Assembly (NCBI GenBank): GCA_963785235.1
Contig: CAWAUM010000001.1
Location: 64,001 to 128,000, forward strand
Reading direction: 5' to 3'
Length of the DNA: 64,000 nucleotides
DNA from: an uncultured delta proteobacterium
GTDB lineage: Bacteria > Desulfobacterota > Desulfomonilia > UBA1062
Made by a program: the position numbers and the translations under genes. Below the pieces are notes generated by a model that ran no database searches, was not told where the DNA came from, and saw only the letters and a program-made list of their open reading frames with translations. Of this stretch, positions 60,921 through 64,000 are shown one piece after another. The stretch's first letter is position 1, and each line of letters starts with the position of its first letter.

Positions 60921-61695
60921 TCAGTCGATCACTTTACCCTGCACACGAATAATAAATTCCGGTCTGGACGGATTGTCCGTCTGCACATAAATCGTATCCC
61001 TGATAACACCGGCTTCTTTCCTTTTATTCTTAGCCGTGATGAGATATCCTTTCTTGCCGGAGTGCTTTATCTCTTTGTATGCATATGTGATATCCAGCCC
61101 TTTCTTCACTTTAAGGCCGGTTATCTTGAACGGATACTCATGGGTAGGAATGATGACTGACGAGCCTTCGATGGTCTCGCGCCAGGATCCGTTCAGCATT
61201 ATGGTAAAGACGGAAATATCGGCAAACTTCTTTACGAAGCAGGAGATGTCGATAGTCCATTCAGGGTGTTTGGGGTCATTGGTTGTTGCCTGGATTGTGC
61301 CTTGTATCTCCTCACCGCCGCGTCGATTTGTCAGCAGTACCGTCTTGATGACACCCTCCTTGCCTGCCGGTATTTCGCGGGTGTAAGTTTCCACAAGACT
61401 GCCGCAGCAAGCCTTCACCTTCTTCAGTTCAAGAATTTGATTCGAGGTGTTTTTGATGATGAAGTCGTGCTGCACCAGGTCAAATTGCAGAACAGGATCA
61501 AATACATAATTGCTCTTCGCTGAATCCACGACAGATTTTGAATAAACAGGTTTTTCAGGGAGGCCGAAATAGAAGTTTAACTTTTGTTTTTTTTCAGCCG
61601 GGAAAGTATCATTTGTTGAACACCAACCCAATGGAATTACGGAAAAATCCTATCAATCCTAACAAAAGACCTGAGAAAAAGAGTTTTTTCTTCAT
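60921..61695 (-). CDS. DUF1573 (Ig-like) domain exported protein, probable N-terminal frameshift
   Basis: HDF.IKN....L....VKACCG, IPAGKEG.I, TNDP; signal-peptide start MKKKLFF at 61695 is out of frame with ORF 60921-61631. Confidence 0.7.
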
Positions 61696-61878
61696 GACGC
61701 CCCCTTTATGGTCAAGATCTCTCACAACAGAGCAGAGTAAAGGTATTATGATATAAAATTGGTTTGAATATCTCCTGTGATGGGCTCGTTATCTCACCTT
61801 AACCGTATTAAAACTATAACGAAAAAAAGGATATGGCAATACCGGATTGCAAAACACGTTCAAGGTATGATCACAAAT

Positions 61879-63093
61879 CTATTCTGGTTTATGAGGGCAG
61901 GAGTCAAGAGAGGATAGGTTCTCATCCTTAGATGTGCTCAAAGATGGGGCAGGATTTTCGGTAGCAATCATGATCTTGCCAATCCCGTTTTGATAAAGGA
62001 TGTCCGTTTTGAAGCTTTTTGAAATATCCTTCAGATGCGTGATGATCTTTTTTGCCGGGGTTCCGCTGGTCAGCCTGGGTTGGAACCCGACCTCCTGATT
62101 GTTTACATTCAGTGGGTACAGGATCACCTGTACCGGCACATTGTCTTTGAACCTTGTCACTGGTGCAAAACTGAACGTCGCATTATCACTGATGGCGCCG
62201 AAGGCATAGTTGCCAAGGCTGTAAAAGATGGGCCTGCCCTTGAATATCTCTACTGGTTGCGGGACATGAGGGTGGTGGCCGAGGACCATATCTGCGCCCG
62301 AGTTTATAGCATGATGAGCAAAATCGATCTGATACTTCTTGGGCTCGCTCTTCAGTTCCTCTCCCCAGTGGAAACTCACCAAGAGGATGTCTACCCTTGG
62401 TCCGGCATCCCTGATATCCTGGCCCACCTGCGCCCAATCGGGGTGTGCGGTGCCCGGTTTGCCGGGGGTTGCCCAGAACTCCTCGGGAAAGGTAAGGGAA
62501 TAGGCCAGGAGGCCATAGCGAATCCCGCGCCTTTTTATGACAGCGAGCCTGCTTGCTGATGCCAGGTCAGCCCCTGCCCCGGCAAAGGCGAATCTGTTTT
62601 TTCGGCATTGCCTGATGGTATCCCTCAGGCCTTTTTCACCGTAATCCATGATATGGTTATTCGCCAGCGACAGGAGGTCAAATCCGGCCTTTTTGATGGC
62701 TTTGAGCGATTCCGCATCACCCCTGAAGGTGTATTCCTTGTCTTGGTAACGGACGCCCTTCATGGTAATAGGATATTCAAGGTTTGCAAATGCAACATCA
62801 GCAGAGGCAATGAGCCTCGAGAGGTTTTTATCCTGGAAGGGATGGTCATATCCCTTTTCCTGCAGAAGTAATTTTGCGCTCCCGGTGAGCATGATATCGC
62901 CTACAGCAAGCACCCGGTGTACTCGGAGCGCCTTCTCATCAGCTGTCTTGCTGCGAACACCGCCGAATAATGCTTCCGGATTCCAGACAAGAATTGTCAG
63001 TATTATGAAGATGGGCACTATGGGGACCATTGCCCGGGATTTTTTACAGGGCAGGAGAAGACCGTTCTTCTTTCTGTCAACCTCTTGATACAC
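61879..63093 (-). CDS. CapA-family (PGA_cap) metallophosphoesterase
   Basis: VGDIM, NLE, LANNH..DYG, HWG.E, GHHPHV, YSLGN; start codon uncertain. Confidence 0.9.
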   Translation of the reverse strand: MYQEVDRKKNGLLLPCKKSRAMVPIVPIFIILTILVWNPEALFGGVRSKTADEKALRVHRVLAVGDIMLTGSAKLLLQEKGYDHPFQDKNLSRLIASADVAFANLEYPITMKGVRYQDKEYTFRGDAESLKAIKKAGFDLLSLANNHIMDYGEKGLRDTIRQCRKNRFAFAGAGADLASASRLAVIKRRGIRYGLLAYSLTFPEEFWATPGKPGTAHPDWAQVGQDIRDAGPRVDILLVSFHWGEELKSEPKKYQIDFAHHAINSGADMVLGHHPHVPQPVEIFKGRPIFYSLGNYAFGAISDNATFSFAPVTRFKDNVPVQVILYPLNVNNQEVGFQPRLTSGTPAKKIITHLKDISKSFKTDILYQNGIGKIMIATENPAPSLSTSKDENLSSLDSCPHKPE

Positions 63094-64000
63094 GGCGTTG
63101 TTTGCCTGCGCTCTTCTTTGAAGGGGGTTTATGTGAGCTGTACTCCATGTTCTCCGGGTTTATATATGTCCCCCGGTGAGTAATCCGGAAATCGAGGTGA
63201 GGACCTGTTGCACGCCCTGTCATGCCCACATAGCCGATGATCTCGCCCTTTCTTACCCTTTTTCCCATGAGGATATTCCGGGAAAAACGTGAGAGATGTC
63301 CATACTGCGAGATGTATCCATTTGCATGCATGATGCGGACGGTCTTTCCATAGCCCCCATCCCAACCGGAAAAATTCACCCTGCCTGGTCCTATGGCATA
63401 CACCGGAGTCCCGGATGGGGCAGAGTAATCAATGCCCAGATGGGGTTGAGCCGAATTGGTAAAGGGATCTATCCTGGAGTAGCTGAATCCGGATGATACC
63501 CTCCGATAGGTGAGCGGCACCTTGAGGAAAGTGGCCTCATCGGCTTTTACTATGCGGCGCTGGTGTGCCTTCCTGGATAGGGCTGCTCTTTGAGGCTTAG
63601 TACCCTTCTTCTTGCCGGGGGCATGGAATTTTGTTGATGACAGGTCCTGATTATCGGCATCTGAAGACGTGCCTTGTTCCGTTGCTGTTAAGGTTTTTTT
63701 GTTCCATGGCGGCAGTTCCGGTAAAAGTACCAGGCCGCTTGCTAATAGCTCGTAAGGGGTCTGGGTGGTTGAGCGAACACTTTCAGGCAGGCCGCAGTTA
63801 TAGGATGAGAATGTTTTCATTGTGTTGCCAGTACTTACTGAGGCAGTGGTTTTTGTTTGAGGAATAGATGCCTTGGCAGGCACCAGTTTATTCTTGTGCG
63901 GCTGATTCAGTTTTGCACCAGATTGTTTTTTTGGAGAGGATACGGTAGTCACTCTTTCCTGAATGAGACTGATAACCTTGCCGTTATACAGGACAACCTT
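63077..64000 (-). CDS. M23-family peptidase (5' end beyond the window)
   Basis: H.GID, GTPV, GYG, YGHL, G.TGRATGPHL; frame is open to the window edge. Confidence 0.88.
   Translation of the reverse strand, partial: KVVLYNGKVISLIQERVTTVSSPKKQSGAKLNQPHKNKLVPAKASIPQTKTTASVSTGNTMKTFSSYNCGLPESVRSTTQTPYELLASGLVLLPELPPWNKKTLTATEQGTSSDADNQDLSSTKFHAPGKKKGTKPQRAALSRKAHQRRIVKADEATFLKVPLTYRRVSSGFSYSRIDPFTNSAQPHLGIDYSAPSGTPVYAIGPGRVNFSGWDGGYGKTVRIMHANGYISQYGHLSRFSRNILMGKRVRKGEIIGYVGMTGRATGPHLDFRITHRGTYINPENMEYSSHKPPSKKSAGKQRRVSRG

Overview
Chromosomal window from an anaerobic deltaproteobacterium-like (Desulfobacterota-type) genome; the taxon is inferred from gene content only. Mostly housekeeping and metabolic genes: rnr, a CpxP/CpxR/CpxA-like module, a livKHMGF-type ABC transporter, a fatty-acid beta-oxidation cluster, an S1 paralogue, degQ, dtd, trxAB, COG3014-ycfL-lpoB, ilvE, queECF, dus, apgM, ddl, glpABC, a GpgS-like glycosyltransferase, and CapA and M23 genes. 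About ten genes carry single-base frameshifts that look like sequencing or assembly errors. The most notable signals are non-coding. (1) Three tandem GEMM-I cyclic-dinucleotide riboswitch aptamers (43427-43692) have discriminator bases G/A/G, predicting c-di-GMP / 3'3'-cGAMP / c-di-GMP sensing. They have no terminators between them, carry anti-SD sequences in the P1 strands, follow a boxA-like site, and precede a secreted DUF6160/FilA-like protein, just downstream of a class III cyclase-STAND-TPR gene. (2) A ~200-bp MITE-like repeat family (about 8 full or partial copies) has a 31-32-nt hairpin spacer that occurs in both orientations relative to fixed flanks. (3) A solitary, R'-mutated integron attC-like site lies between a probably inactive C39 peptidase lipoprotein and a Zn-ribbon/coiled-coil trypsin-like protease. 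No tRNA, rRNA, CRISPR array, integrase or transposase was recognised. All calls are from motif recognition by eye; no searches were run.
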